Source of the DNA: Paraphysomonas bandaiensis
Lineage: Eukaryota > Protista > Chrysophyceae
Assembly: GCA_965644295.1 (NCBI GenBank)
Contig: CBFFRP010000565.1
Location: 35,953-99,952 of the forward strand
Length of the DNA stretch: 64,000 nt
Direction of reading: 5' to 3'
This document shows positions 26,046 through 40,280 of this stretch, one piece after another (the stretch's first letter is position 1; the number at the start of each line of letters is the position of its first letter). Position numbers and translations under genes: made by a program. Under the pieces are notes generated by a model. The model saw only the letters and a list, made by a program, of their open reading frames with translations. It ran no database searches and had not been told where the DNA came from.

Positions 26046-28030
26046 CTAGAGAATGCCTTATTATTAGCAATGGGCGTTTCAGAGTCGAACTAATTTAGCA
26101 TTGCAATTTAACTAACTAGTGCTTAACCATCAACAAAGTCGGGCTCGCATATTTCGTGGTGTTCTGGGGGATAAGTACCGGAGATATTTCTCCTGAAACT
26201 AACGGAAGCCACATATATATAGTTAGCAGATATTGTTCTGCCCACTCATAGCCAAATGCTTGTGTGGTACAAGGGACAATATAAGTGTCACTTGTGTAGA
26301 CAGCTTTGGGCCTTGACGTATAAACAGGCATTCGGGAATGGGTCCACCTCAAGGGCATCCGGGGTATTGGGCTACCTGCTGAAGTCAAGCATCCGGGAAT
26401 AGGCCCACCTCAAAGGCATCGGGGTATTGAGAGCTTACTGCAGAAGTCAAGCATCCGGGCTGTTCACCTTGAGTACAGAGAGCGAAAGTGGTTGCATCTT
26501 ACACTTTGGTGATGCACAAGCAGCTTTCGTAGCGCTAAATAGTAGAATATCAGAGTTAAGCAATAGTTAGTTAAATTATAATGCTACATTGGTTCTGACA
26601 CTTACATGCCTACAATTGGACGCTACGAAAGCTGCTTGTTCGTCACCGAAAGCAGCAAGATGCTCTATCACTCAAAAACCGAACGCAGTGAGAAAGCAGA
26701 ATAATATATTGAAAGTCTTTTTATTTAGCAATAGGCGTTAAAAACTCGTTCCGATATAGTGGCTAGTTGAATGCTAGATCTACCAGTTAGACCTCTACCC
26801 ATAACTAATCAGCACAAATTCTATTATCCTACTATTTAGCGCTACAGAAGCTGCTTGTGCGTCGCCGCAAGCACCAAGGTGCAACCACTTCCGTTCTTAA
26901 TGTTGTTTGTGAGTTTCGCACTGCTCGTGTGTCTTAGGACTCACTGGCGCGTGTTGTCCGGGGGTCTCCCCTTGGGATAAGGTTCCGCCAGGCTCTGAGG
27001 TACAGGGTTCTGTATTAAGGTCCTGAGTGTACCGAGCACTAGATGTGTGTGCTGAGAGGTTGATGGTGTGGTGGAATGTGGCGGTGTCGCCGTGCACCGT
27101 CTGGGCGTCAGGCATAGGTGGAGTTGCCGGAGACAGTCCTTGGGATGTCAGTGACTCATGGATGTGATCTCCAAAAGCCGTCTCGAGTTGTGCAGTTGTG
27201 ATGGTACCCGTCCAGAATCTCTCCACCTGTGGAACGGAAGGATTCCAGGCCCTGCTGGAGAGCCGCTGTAGTACAGTGGTGGTCCATTGGGGTAGTTCCG
27301 GATTTCTCAGCTCTTCTTGAAGCGCGTTTTTGTGGCTGTGAAATGCAGACTCCCTTATCTGCGTTATGGCGTCATTTGTACAGTCTAGACACATATGCTT
27401 GAGTGAGTCTAGTCGAAATCCGCAGTCAGAACATGCGGCTTTAGCCAGGTCGAGTCCGTGTTTGGTTTTCGCCCGGTTTCTTCCTATGCTGAAAGATTTG
27501 TCCCATGTCAGTGCTGCATTGATTACTCGCTGGCGCAGGTGGGAACTCACTTTGTCCTTTGATGGTCCACCATCTGCTTGCGCCAGTTTGCGCGGAAGTA
27601 GTGCCCCACTGTCTGTCCAATATCCAGGAGCCCGGTCGGGATTGTGACCGTAGCGTTGGTCTCTGAGGGTAGTGTAGGCCTCCAGCGTCCGTTGATTGCG
27701 GAGGGATTGGAAATCCGTGAGCAGGGGGCTAGTGCGATACGGCCGTCGTTCCCCAGTTAGGCGCCAGTGCCATAAACCCTCGGTGAGTATTCGCTCAATG
27801 GCTTGGTCCACTTCTATGTTACAGACAGTGTAATTTTGTCGTCCGAGTAGTCTATCTACCTCAAGCCAGTCCTGAGCAAGCAGAATGTTGATATATATCT
27901 AACATCTTTCTGATGACTTCAGGACTTTTGAGTTACAAGCAGCTTTCCTGCCTTCGTAGCCTTAAATAGTAGGATATCAGGGGTATGCACTGTCTTGAAC
28001 GCTTATTGCTAATAATAAGGCATTCGCTAG
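26046..28030. mobile_element. Nested cluster of an unclassified ~500-bp repeat family (other copies at 45211-45727 and about 47125-47240)
   Basis: 26116-26560 is a diverged reverse complement of 45250-45727; 26715-26896 plus 27874-27935 match 45215-45420 in the same orientation; the ends ctagagaatgccttattattagcaat (26046) and attgctaataataaggcattcgctag (28030) are inverted. Confidence 0.7.
26897..27873 (-). pseudogene. Fragment of a non-LTR retrotransposon ORF2 C-terminus (CCHC zinc-binding region)
   Basis: GC-richer than its flanks; 304-aa ORF with CSDCGFRLDSLKHMCLDC (Cx2C..HxxxxC), typical of the region after RT; no RT or endonuclease core is present. Confidence 0.6.
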
Positions 28031-28361
28031 AGTTTACTGCATGGTATATTTATCCGGCTAAGGCCATCTACAACTCCAGATTCGAATAGGAAACCTTTCT
28101 CTTTCTGCTTAAGGCCCATGAAAATAGTATTGTATGCTCGCGGTCCCAAAGACAGCACGGGTATACTGGTTCCAACCGGCCTAATGTTCATTACGCATTC
28201 ATGGAATCAATCTTGCGCACAATTAAGAAGTTTATCAATCTAGGAGCAACTAGTTTACCACACACATAGTGCACTAGATAGTCAAATGTAAAAAAATGCC
28301 CCACATTATATATACCATTTAAGAAATATTTTAATTACAATAGCATAAAGGATTACAAAAA

Positions 28362-30050
<1,689 letters not shown>

Positions 30051-30316
30051 CTACACTAAAACACACCTAAAGAATATTCCGTTGAGTTTTTTCGATTCTT
30101 CTCTGTCGTTTCTCTGCCAAAATATCACGCAGTGTAGAAACAGAAGAGGGAATAGAATTCCAATTCCTGCCCTCGTACACAGCAACACTTGCAGCACCAG
30201 CAACTGTATTTACTACCGTATACGGGGTATACCCTTATCATACACGCTGTAGGTCGAATATCATGAAAAAATCATGAAAAAGTACCTTTTACTTTTAATT
30301 CCATCGTACGTCGTAT

Positions 30317-30394
30317 GGGCGTCCGTGTTTTTTTACTAAACTGTCCGGGTTTCTGCATGCAAACCCAGTTTTTTTTTGCAAACCACGGACGCCC
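30317..30394. mobile_element. 78-bp MITE-like inverted-repeat element upstream of polyubiquitin (related sequence at 21064-21178)
   Basis: Perfect 11-bp IR gggcgtccgtg / cacggacgccc; the right end tttgcaaaccacggacgc recurs as ttcgcaaaccacggacgc at about 21158-21175. Confidence 0.55.
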
Positions 30395-31763
30395 GCCCCT
30401 ACTCCGCTGTTATATCATTTTATGTCTGTATCCAGCCAGGCACAGGGCGGCTCAGCGTGTACAGCCCTGTCCCCATTACAAAGTGGAACCAGGCCGATCA
30501 TTCACGATAGATATGAACACTTCGAATGGATTTATACAACAGGAGTATGGCGCAAAGGGTGGATCATCTCATATGCCCTCTATGCGCTCTCTAATAGCAG
30601 TACGGTTACCTATTAGAGTTCCACCATCCCTAATTATGGTTGAGGGGAACCACATACGAATAAACGCAGTGCTTAATATAAGTGTAAATATACTGAAATC
30701 CAGCAACAATAAAACAAGCTCGTAAGATGCTTTGTGGTTTGGGGTGAACGAATGTAAGTATGATGTTATTCTTAAAAGAGTGGAAAGGATGGGATTGAGA
30801 AGATGCACGATGGGCATAAACCGTCTAAGTGTAATGTATTCTGGGTGGATTATGCAGCAATCCAGGAGCGCTTTCGTACAATCCCTCCTTGACAGGTAGT
30901 TAATCACTTTCCTGGGATGCCCAATATCGTCCGTAAGAATCGAATGGGTCAGAACTTGAACAAAATGTTTCCAGTATGGATCATGTCGATTCGAATGCAA
31001 TAAGTGATAGCGTATATTACCACATCAGAAGGAGTACGATTTAGATAGAATAGCTTTGATTCGACATTTTGATTCGGTTCCACAGCAATATGATCGGGTC
31101 CTTCGGCAGCAAATATATGATAGACCTGTCCCGCCAGTTAGATATCAGGTTTCTCCCTGGATTGTTGTGGCTATAAGTGCATGTAATTAGAATCTGTCTG
31201 TACAGGAATTCAAGAGTATGATAATAGAAATATATACCAAGCATTGCCCTCTCAAATTTGGTAAGATGTAACCTGTGTAGCAAGAGGTCATAGCGAAGCA
31301 TAAGTATTGATAGGTCATCCCTCCAGTTATTTATTGGTGGGTAACTCTTGAAGATAGACTTCTTCCCTCGTTTATCGTTTACTATATGTACACATCTATC
31401 ATATCGTCATGCCACTATAACCTTAGTTCGAAATCAGAATTTTCCCCTTACTTATCCCATATACGGAGTTGTATAAAAAGAGTGATACTAGTGTATCGAT
31501 ATAAGGATGTGATAATACCAGAATACATCAATACAGCGGATACAACCGAAGTGTCCCATTCTTCCCACTCAGATAAGATTATCATTAAAATTCTTTTCGG
31601 TAATTCAAGTGTACAAATAATGAAGCTACTTATGCACGACTTCCAATTACGTATCCAATACTACCACACTTGACCACATAACAGCCCTGTAAAATAAAAA
31701 GGGGCTCTGCTAATACGCACCAACATCCAGCAACAACTGCAAACGACACAAATCACGTTATCT

Positions 31764-33150
31764 TTAAATGTAAGACGCCCCAGCAGGACGACCGACTATA
31801 ACATCTAGCTCCGCAAAGGAATTTCTTTCATCTGCGGTAAGATTACTTGTATCTTCAATACTTTCTTCCGGGTAAAAGTCAAAGTTGGAAGTATCACCAT
31901 CGGCAAGGTACGTCGGGACGTATGGGGGAAGTATTAACATTTGTTCTGCAGCAATCCAGTCGATGCCACTGAAATATGCATTTTTCTTTAATGATTCCAA
32001 GCATGATTTATTTGTACATCCGAGTCGCCGAAAACGTCTGCTATTGAGAAACCCCTTTATTGCTGACTGAGTTGTGGCAGCGATTCCTGATGGAAACTTT
32101 ATGTCCCCACGAAGAATCTTTTTATATACACCAAAAGGGTTCTGGTCGTAAAATGGTGGATACCCAGCAACCATTTCGAAAAGAAGGATACCCATAGCCC
32201 ACCTGCAAAGGATTATAAATGACAACCACTTCTTCGTAACCACATGTACACTTACCAGTCTACTGCCCATCCGTAGCCGTTTCCCTGTATGATCTCAGGA
32301 GCCAGATACTCTGGTGTACCGCATAGAGTGAAAGTTCGATCCCTGACGAGCTTCGCAAACCCAAAATCTACCAGACGAATGTGACCGTATCGATCTATAT
32401 AACGACATTAGTGATTAGTTCAATGTATATGAGTTTAGGTACCTATCATGATATTCTCAGGCTTCAGATCGCGGTAGGCAATCTGTAGTGAGTGCATTTT
32501 GCTCAGCCCCGCGGCCACCTCAACCACATAAAACTTTGCAAGATCGTCGGAAAACTTTTCTTCCTTCCGAAGATGTGAAAACAGCTCTCCACCTTGAACA
32601 TACTCCATCATTAAGTATAAATTATTATCATCCTGAAATAAAGCCTCCCTACGTCAAAATTAAATTCAACGACTGAGGTAGAACAGCAGTTCACTTACAT
32701 TTTAACAATCTGCTGGCATCTCAATCGAGACAAAATTCTAATTTCATTCTTCACATGTTCCAGCTGTAGCAGAAGAATAAGACATACACATCATCATAGC
32801 ATTCATAGGCAGCATTACTTGTTGAAGACGAACAATCTTTGCTTTCTTCATTATCTTCAACGCATGGAAGGTATTGTTCTCGATATTTTTAACTAATCTA
32901 ACTCTTCCAAATGAACCTGTGCCTGTCCACTGCGTTACTCGAATAGTTATCATATTATGCACACGCACCTATAGTCTCCAGCATGTCCAGCTGCTGTAAT
33001 CCGAAACTGGCATCTAACAAGGGCTTGAGTGAGTAGTCAGCCGACTCCTCAATATCAGTCGGGTGAAGTTTATTAGTGCTCCAACTAAATAGCTGCATCC
33101 ACAGTGAGAATAAACGCCCTCACAACATGTTATCATATACTCACAGGCAT
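31764..33150 (-). CDS. cAMP-dependent protein kinase catalytic subunit-like (PKA-C/PRKX-like) kinase
   Basis: Multi-exon: [77 protein letters not shown]; probable first coding exon ATGCCT|gtgagt at 33150. Confidence 0.9.
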
Positions 33151-33554
33151 ACTGTTCGGCTCTATAAGTATTTCTAAATTAGATCTATGGACATGGTGGT
33201 TCGTGAGTTCAGAGTTGTTTCTATCCTATTAGCAGCAGTAAACTGGAACAGCAGTATTGACATGGAACCCTGTCTGCCTGTCTGCTGCATGTCATGTTCA
33301 TGTGCTGCTGTTCATCCCTACGATGTACTGCTGTACCTATGTACATATACACATATACATACATACTGAAATGTAACTGAAATTTTAGAAATTTCTTCAC
33401 CGTCTCTATAATTCCCCATTTTCTGAACTTAATATCCCCACTTTTGAGATTCAATGTTTTTACAGTTACAATTACACCTCCTTTATGTCCAGTCTTAACC
33501 ACCTGACTAACGGCTCACATAGACTGACTACATCAAACCTCATCGTGTGGACAG

Positions 33555-36500
33555 ATGTCAGGGTCAAATGGAGCACACTCAGATGATGAATCGGTTGTAT
33601 TTAACCCGGATGATTTTAATTCAGAGTTAGGGGATGAGGTCACTGCTAAATCAACTATAAATGAGGCTCGTCAGAAGGCACGGGAAGAGGCTAGTAGATT
33701 GATGGGGAATATGAAAGTGGGCACTACTGCTGTTCGTAAATCTGCTGCAAGTGTTAAGTCTAATGCAGTCGATGCCCGCAAGGCAGCTCAGTTGCAAGCA
33801 AACGAGTTGATGGGAAATATGAAAAGTGTAGCTCGCGAAGAGATTACTGCCAATAGTGCGAAAGTATCTGGTCGTATTAGCTCCAACATAACAGATGCAC
33901 GGAGTAAAGTCCGTCAGGAATCTAACAACCTAATGGGTGGTATGAAAGCGACTGGAAATGAAGTGTCTGCAGCGTATGATACGTATACTGCACAGGTCGA
34001 GGATACACAGAGAAAGGCTATCGAGGAAACCAATGACTTGATCCATGTAGCTCGCGAAGAGATTACTGCCAATAGTGCGAAAGTATCTGGTCGTGTTAGC
34101 TCCAACATAACAGATACACGGAGTAAAGTCCGTCAGGAATCTAACAACCTAATGGGTGGTATGAAAGCGACTGGAAATGAAGTGTCTGCAACGTATGATA
34201 CGTATACTGCACAGGTCGAGGATACACGGAGAAAGGTTACCGAGGAAACCAATGACTTGATTCATGTTGGCGACGAATTTATGACTTCTTCAGCCAATTC
34301 TGTAACTGAAATTGCTTCGAAACAAGCTCGGGATGCGAATTCTGTTGCCTCTGAATTCAATTCCAAAGTCAGCAGTGAAATGAGTGGATTGGAACGAAAA
34401 GCTGAAAACTTGCTGACGGATGCATCGACAGCGATTATTGGTAATATGTCTTCTCACCTATCAGACGTGAAGTCTGTCTTCAAAGATACCAAAAAAGTTG
34501 CCCGCCAGGAAATCGATGACGCTAAATCGGACACAGTGAAAGCTTTTAATAATGCTCGAAATGACACGTACTCACATATTGATGAGCTCAAAGGAAAAGC
34601 CTCTCAGGGGCGGGATCGGATAGAAGATGAGTTCAAAGCGTATGCAGGAAGTGAGTTATCACGTGTGACGGCATTTGCTGAGGATTTAACTGGAGAGAAA
34701 GTGTCGAAGCTATCGAAGAAAGATCTAAAGAAAGTTGCTCTTTCCACTCTCAAAACGGAGCTATCTAGTCTGGCTTCAGTTGCGAAATCTGCCATTATGC
34801 CGTCAGGATTTAATTACAGACAGTTGGACACTGAAGAAGAGCTATCGGCCGTTGAATTAGCTCGGTTAGATAAGAATAAATCTAGACTTCGAGAAGGTCG
34901 CTTCAAAGTTGGTGTTGATACATTCGAGAGCTGTCCATATGTATTTGTGCCTTCGTCTTATCTACAAAGCCCTACTTTTAACCTTGCAGATATATTCGAC
35001 ACGATTGATATCCCACTGCCTTCGATTTTATTTCGATTCTTTCAGACCGATGACCCAGTTAACTGGAATGTGAAACTACCACAAAGCCAACTGGGTTTGC
35101 AAGATATTGCGAAAGTGCAAACCAACAATCCGAAAAATAAAAAGATTTTTGGTCCATTATCTCACTACCAGAAAGTTCTCAAGGAAAATTGCCGTCGAAT
35201 GTTGTCAGCTGTGGCAGAGTCTTGCACTGAAGCCGGGGCTGCGTTTCGTATCAACGAGTCATGGTCTAGCGACGCTCCCATAGACGCAGTAGCGTCTTGG
35301 GTGTCAAACAACAACCGCTCTCGCGTGAACATTCTTGGGATTGCTTCGTCTAACGACTATCACCCTGATATATGGAAACAATTAGATGCCGGAGCTTCTG
35401 CCGATTTCGACGAGCTTGCTGAAGGAGGAAATGCAGATATTTCAGAAGTATTGATTGATCCCCAGCCTTTCTATGATGGCACCATTAAAGTTACAAGACA
35501 TCCAACTACGCAGCGTGTTGTTGGTTCTTTTCCGCATCCTAATTTAACACACCTAATTATTTCTGATAATCGGCCACTTTTAGAGCAGAAAATAGCTGAG
35601 GCGTTGCCATGGGGATTGATGTATGTGTATATATAGTGTCACCCAAAAAATGTTCATGTCAATTACAGAATGATTAATGGCTCACGCGCGGCTGCAGATT
35701 TGTTTGTGGAAGCAATACAGGACGGACTTCCAGTCATTGCATTTAAATATACAGGTTACACCGCTGACATAGCCTGCGAAATGTTGGAAAGGGCCGAGAA
35801 GTATCTGGATGAAAAGTCGTATAACTCTTCCACTAAGCCAGAGAGGCCATTTCGAAACGATATGCCCGTAGGATATAAGCCACCGAACTGGCTCCGCCCT
35901 TTTGATGAGTCATATATTTCTGACTGCGAAAAGGCTAACATATTGATTGACAATCTTCCTGATCGATTTGACTCTGGACAATTCTTTATTGTCGACATGT
36001 TCAGCACAACCGATGATGAACTGCAAGACAGGTTGACACAGACAATGGCGGTGGCTTTTGAAGGAGACAAAGAGCTAGGAGGATCTGCAGCCGAACATAA
36101 GAGGCTTACTTATGCGTGGCGAACTCGGCACTTGATGATATACAATGCGATGATATTTAAGCGATATTCAGATGTACTTCATGCACTAATGATTACTTTC
36201 ACTATGCTATCCACGTTTTCAGCTGTATTACACACTTATGCTGAGACTACTCCTGAGCTCTTTGGTTCATATCAAGATTTTGCATTGGGTATTTTACTTA
36301 AAGGCAACTTGCTACTCCCACTGATTACAACTGTTATACGTGGTGTTATATCGATTCTTAACCCGCAGATGAAGTATATATCACTCATAGGCGCTGCCAT
36401 ATTCATCGAGTCTGAGATATATTGCTATCGAGCCAAGGTTGGCAAGTACAATCCACGGCTTGTAGCAGCTCAAGGAGAGGGAGAGGTTAGCGCACGTGGG

Positions 36501-37441
36501 AATAACGTTGACGCCAGAGTAATTTTCTCATCCATACTGGATGCTATTTGGCAAGACCTTTCCGCCTCTGATGTACAGAACACTTCTTTGAAAACCCCAA
36601 GTGCAGAATCTGCTGTTGATGACGTAAATCAGAAGCTCCGGCAAAATCGACAAGAGCAAGAATTATTCACGACAGTTCTAGAGCAGTATGCACCACGAAA
36701 AGAAAGGAAAAAAGAAAGAGCAAAACATATCGACACAGGTGCACTTAAAAAAACTCTTGATTCTGGTGCAACATCATTGAGGAGGATGTCAACATTAAGT
36801 GGTGACATTGCCCCTCCACTACCTACACGAGTTGCAAGTGTTGTGCCAGAAGAAACCTCTGATTTTCCTGTCACACGCTCCTCGATATTAAGAGATGATG
36901 GGCTCAAGGCTCTTTCTGCTGATGAGTACGTTAACCTTCGTTTAATTCCAGAGCTTGCCTCATTGACCGGCAAAGCCTCCACACTAGCCTCGTCGACGTA
37001 CTTCGTTACAATAAGTGTGATTGTTCTATCAGTGTCTGCCTCTGCTCTTTCTACATTTGGGTACTCTTTATTTATCCCTGCTGTATTGAGTCTGTCTGGT
37101 GCTATTACAGCGTGGGGGTCTTATATGCAAACTGATCTCAGGTTGGTTAAAGTCAACGGCGCTCTTGCACAATTGAACCAGGTAATTTTGTGTGGTGCTA
37201 TGTAATTCATCTGCTAATAATTTTGCCGCAGTTAATAATTTGGTGGGACGGGCTTACCATGATAGAAAAACGTGTTCCCTCCAACAAAGAAATATTGATT
37301 CGAACTTGTGAAGCTGCTATTCAAGCACAAGCTGCTCCTGTAGGGGCGAAAAGTAATTCCGGGAATACCAAACAAGGAACTGAAGGTACTGATGGTGATG
37401 GTGAGAGTCAGGGTGATAAGGCAATGAAAACTAGAATGTAA
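33555..37441 (+). CDS. Membrane protein: helical repeat N-terminus + TRPM/LSDAT-type SLOG domain + two SLATT (DUF4231/SLATT_1-like) 2-TM domains
   Basis: Three exons (introns 35621-35668 and 37182-37231) give about 1260 aa. SLOG motifs VNILGIA, PHPNLTHLIISD, IMINGS, LPVIAFKYTGYTADIA. SLATT-A: AW..2TM..AAIFIESEIYCYRAKVGKY. SLATT-B: DDGLKALSADEYVNLRL..2TM..LIIWWDGLTMIEK..LIRTCEAAI. Confidence 0.78.
33828..34265 (+). repeat. In-frame 219-bp (73-aa) tandem duplication inside the SLOG-SLATT gene
   Basis: gtagctcgcgaagagattactgcc starts at both 33828 and 34047; the copies differ at only a few positions. Confidence 0.95.
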
Positions 37442-38077
37442 TGTTTATTGATAAAAAGTACGTTGGATGATTTGTGTTCACATTTTACATATTCGTTAGA
37501 TGATGTACTTGTGGATACGATGACCGAATTTTTTTTGCATAATATTAGTTATTTACTGTATATTTTAAGAGTATTCCATAAGATTTGTGTTAGTAAGTCC
37601 AATTGTAATGAATTGCTCAACCATGACTCCCTCGTCTATAAATTACATTGTGCAATGTTTCTATATGCCTTTATATCGCACGTCTCATTGTTGGTTGTAA
37701 TTGATTCAACTCGACGAAACATAACGCAACATATCAAATAGTATCGTGACCAGTGACCAGGATCCCTAAAATTAATCTTTTCTAATCTTGGATTTTAGGA
37801 GCGAACATAAAAGTGTCACAACAGTCGAATAGATTTCATTCATGGTCGGCTAGTACTGCATTCTAGCTATCGTATTAGTGCTTTATTACTTGATATTATT
37901 TATGTCATTTAAATCGAATACAGTTACAAATTATCGACAATTCTATGTGTATAAGTGTGTTGAGTTCTGCTATTTGAGAGCAATTGAAAGCTGTAGTTCA
38001 AAGGTATTTGACGTATGACTGTTAATGGAAGTATACAGAAGTGGCTAACTATATTATGGGAATTAGTATCATGATAG

Positions 38078-39320
38078 CAGGGCCAGTCAACAATATATTG
38101 CAATATATTGCAAGCAAAAATAAAAAATAATAATAATAATGATACTTTCAAGACCAATAATAATTATTAAATACATTGCAATAATATTGCAATGTATTGA
38201 TATATAGTGGGCGCTAAGAAGAAGAAATGAGCTCGATCGGTAGAAACTAGGTATTAGTAGAGGTTACAACATTTCTAGTACTCTAAGTGTTCAACTCTTT
38301 GTCACTGTCGTCCTCATTCTTATGATCGGACAGTCCATCATCGATGACATGTTGCACTGTCTTTGCGGTCCATAAGTGCTTGTTGAATCGAAGGAACAGC
38401 AGAAGTTCGAGGCGTCGTGGGGTCATTCCTTGTCGCAAGTGTGTCATGATAATCTTCGCTCCGCTGAACAAACGTTCCACAACGTTTGTTGTACTATATA
38501 TCTAAATATTATGTGCTTGTTGGTCGAACGGTATAGGGTATCAAGCTGCCGTCGTAACTTCTTGCTGGCTCTATGGCTTTTAAAAGCAGCAGCAGCGTTT
38601 CTTACATTTGTCACTTCGACAGTCCTATCCAGTGAATCAGCTTTTTCTGCATTCATTCAAAATCTCGCAACTGCTGCTCTCTCTTGACGAGTCAGAAATT
38701 CCTCGTATCCATTCTGAATCTTCACAATACAATTTTCGAAGGTAGGGTTTTGAATAATATCAGCATCTACGGAGAGGTGGGAAGCTGTGGCAGAGATGGA
38801 GAATCAACCCACTGAACTATAATTTCAAAGAAATAAGAAAAAACAGTTTCTTCGCCTGTTCACATGCATATAGATATGACGGCCGAATAGTTTGGTGTTA
38901 TAGTTTGGGCAGATATGGCGATCACTTTACTGGCACTTGCTTATTGACTGTTTAGACTGGCATATTCTATTACAGGTTATAAGAAAAGCATATTTGTATG
39001 GGGATGAAAGCATCTATTTAAGCAGTTTGGAGTTTACTATATGGTGAATAGCTTGACAGAGACAGACAGTACAATTTGTAATATTGAACACGAATAATTT
39101 TCTTCGTTGCAGCTAGTTATCATAATTGTTCGATGTTGTTACAGTGGACGAGTTGTTATAGGATTATGAAGAGTCGTTTATGATTAATCAAGTATATTTT
39201 CTATGACACACTGGCATGAGCAATATATATCAATATATTTCGAGGCCAAATTTGCTAAAATAACAATCAATATATTGTAGCAAGCAAAACTAAATAATTG
39301 CAGTATCTATATTGCAATCC
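38078..39320 (-). mobile_element. Decayed hAT transposon of a second subfamily, with a frameshifted transposase C-terminus
   Basis: TIR-like cagggccagtcaacaatatattgcaat at 38078; minus-strand remnants LSVDADIIQNPTFENCIVKIQNG..ERAAVARF and VERLFSGAKIIMTHLRQGMTPRRLELLLFLRFNKHLW; caatatatt repeats near 39220-39320. Confidence 0.75.
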
Positions 39321-40280
39321 AATAAAAAAACGAAGAGAGGAACGAGCGGGGCTCTTTTTTAACCCCAACGATTGGTAGTTGAGACAACATTAAATTAGCG
39401 ATTGACAATGTCAAGGTTTGACATTATATGAGAAGTATTAACTTAACAACAGAAGGTAACTTATACTCACTGCTGAGAATTATAAATTATAATCAATATC
39501 TCTTATCATTCATCAATATCATGTTGTCTCCACTACCACTCATTTCTCGTACGACGATCCTACATCGTCACTACAACTTGCATCGTCACTATATTCCGTT
39601 TTACCGCTATATACTTATCGTCATTCATTCTCACAATACGATTAACAAGACTACAACTGTATAATACAGTAATTTAAATACCTTATAACTACAGCTTTCA
39701 ATTGCTCTCATATAGCAGAACTCAACAGACAAGTGATATTTCTCATAATTTTCTTATATGTTACTTTTATGTTTCTAACTTGTACAATATAAGCATAGAG
39801 GGAAAGTATTGTTCCGTTATGTCAATTCCATTAAAGTAAATTGATAGTATAATGTGTGCACATCTCACTCATGTGAACCGTTAGTCGGCACTACCAGACC
39901 TATTTTCAGAGTACCGTTAAAATATGTCGTTTCCTATCAGTGGCTACAATAGTCTGCATCATTCAAATTTTCCCGTTAGCGTATAATACTCGCATTCTAT
40001 GAACTAGCTCTAAGTCTTCAATAGTTTTTCGTGTCAATTCAGAAACTGATTTCTGAATCTTGAGAAGTATGACGACATAAAATTAAAAATATACCCGCCG
40101 ATAGAGCGCACTTCAAACTGTTGAAACAATATGTCGACACAATAAAGTAGTCATATCTTGGAGGTTACTTTGTAACACATCGTCATACAGTCACAGCCAT
40201 ACTCAATCGTACAAACCGAATGTGCAAGAGTATTCACTGGTCTCTTTAGGAAATGTTCAACGCTATTATTTCACAAAACA

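Noticed and set aside
30420-31700. Short ORFs (143, 136, 95 and 86 aa) between polyubiquitin and the kinase
   Set aside because: No recognisable motifs or consistent splice pattern; possibly a decayed mobile element
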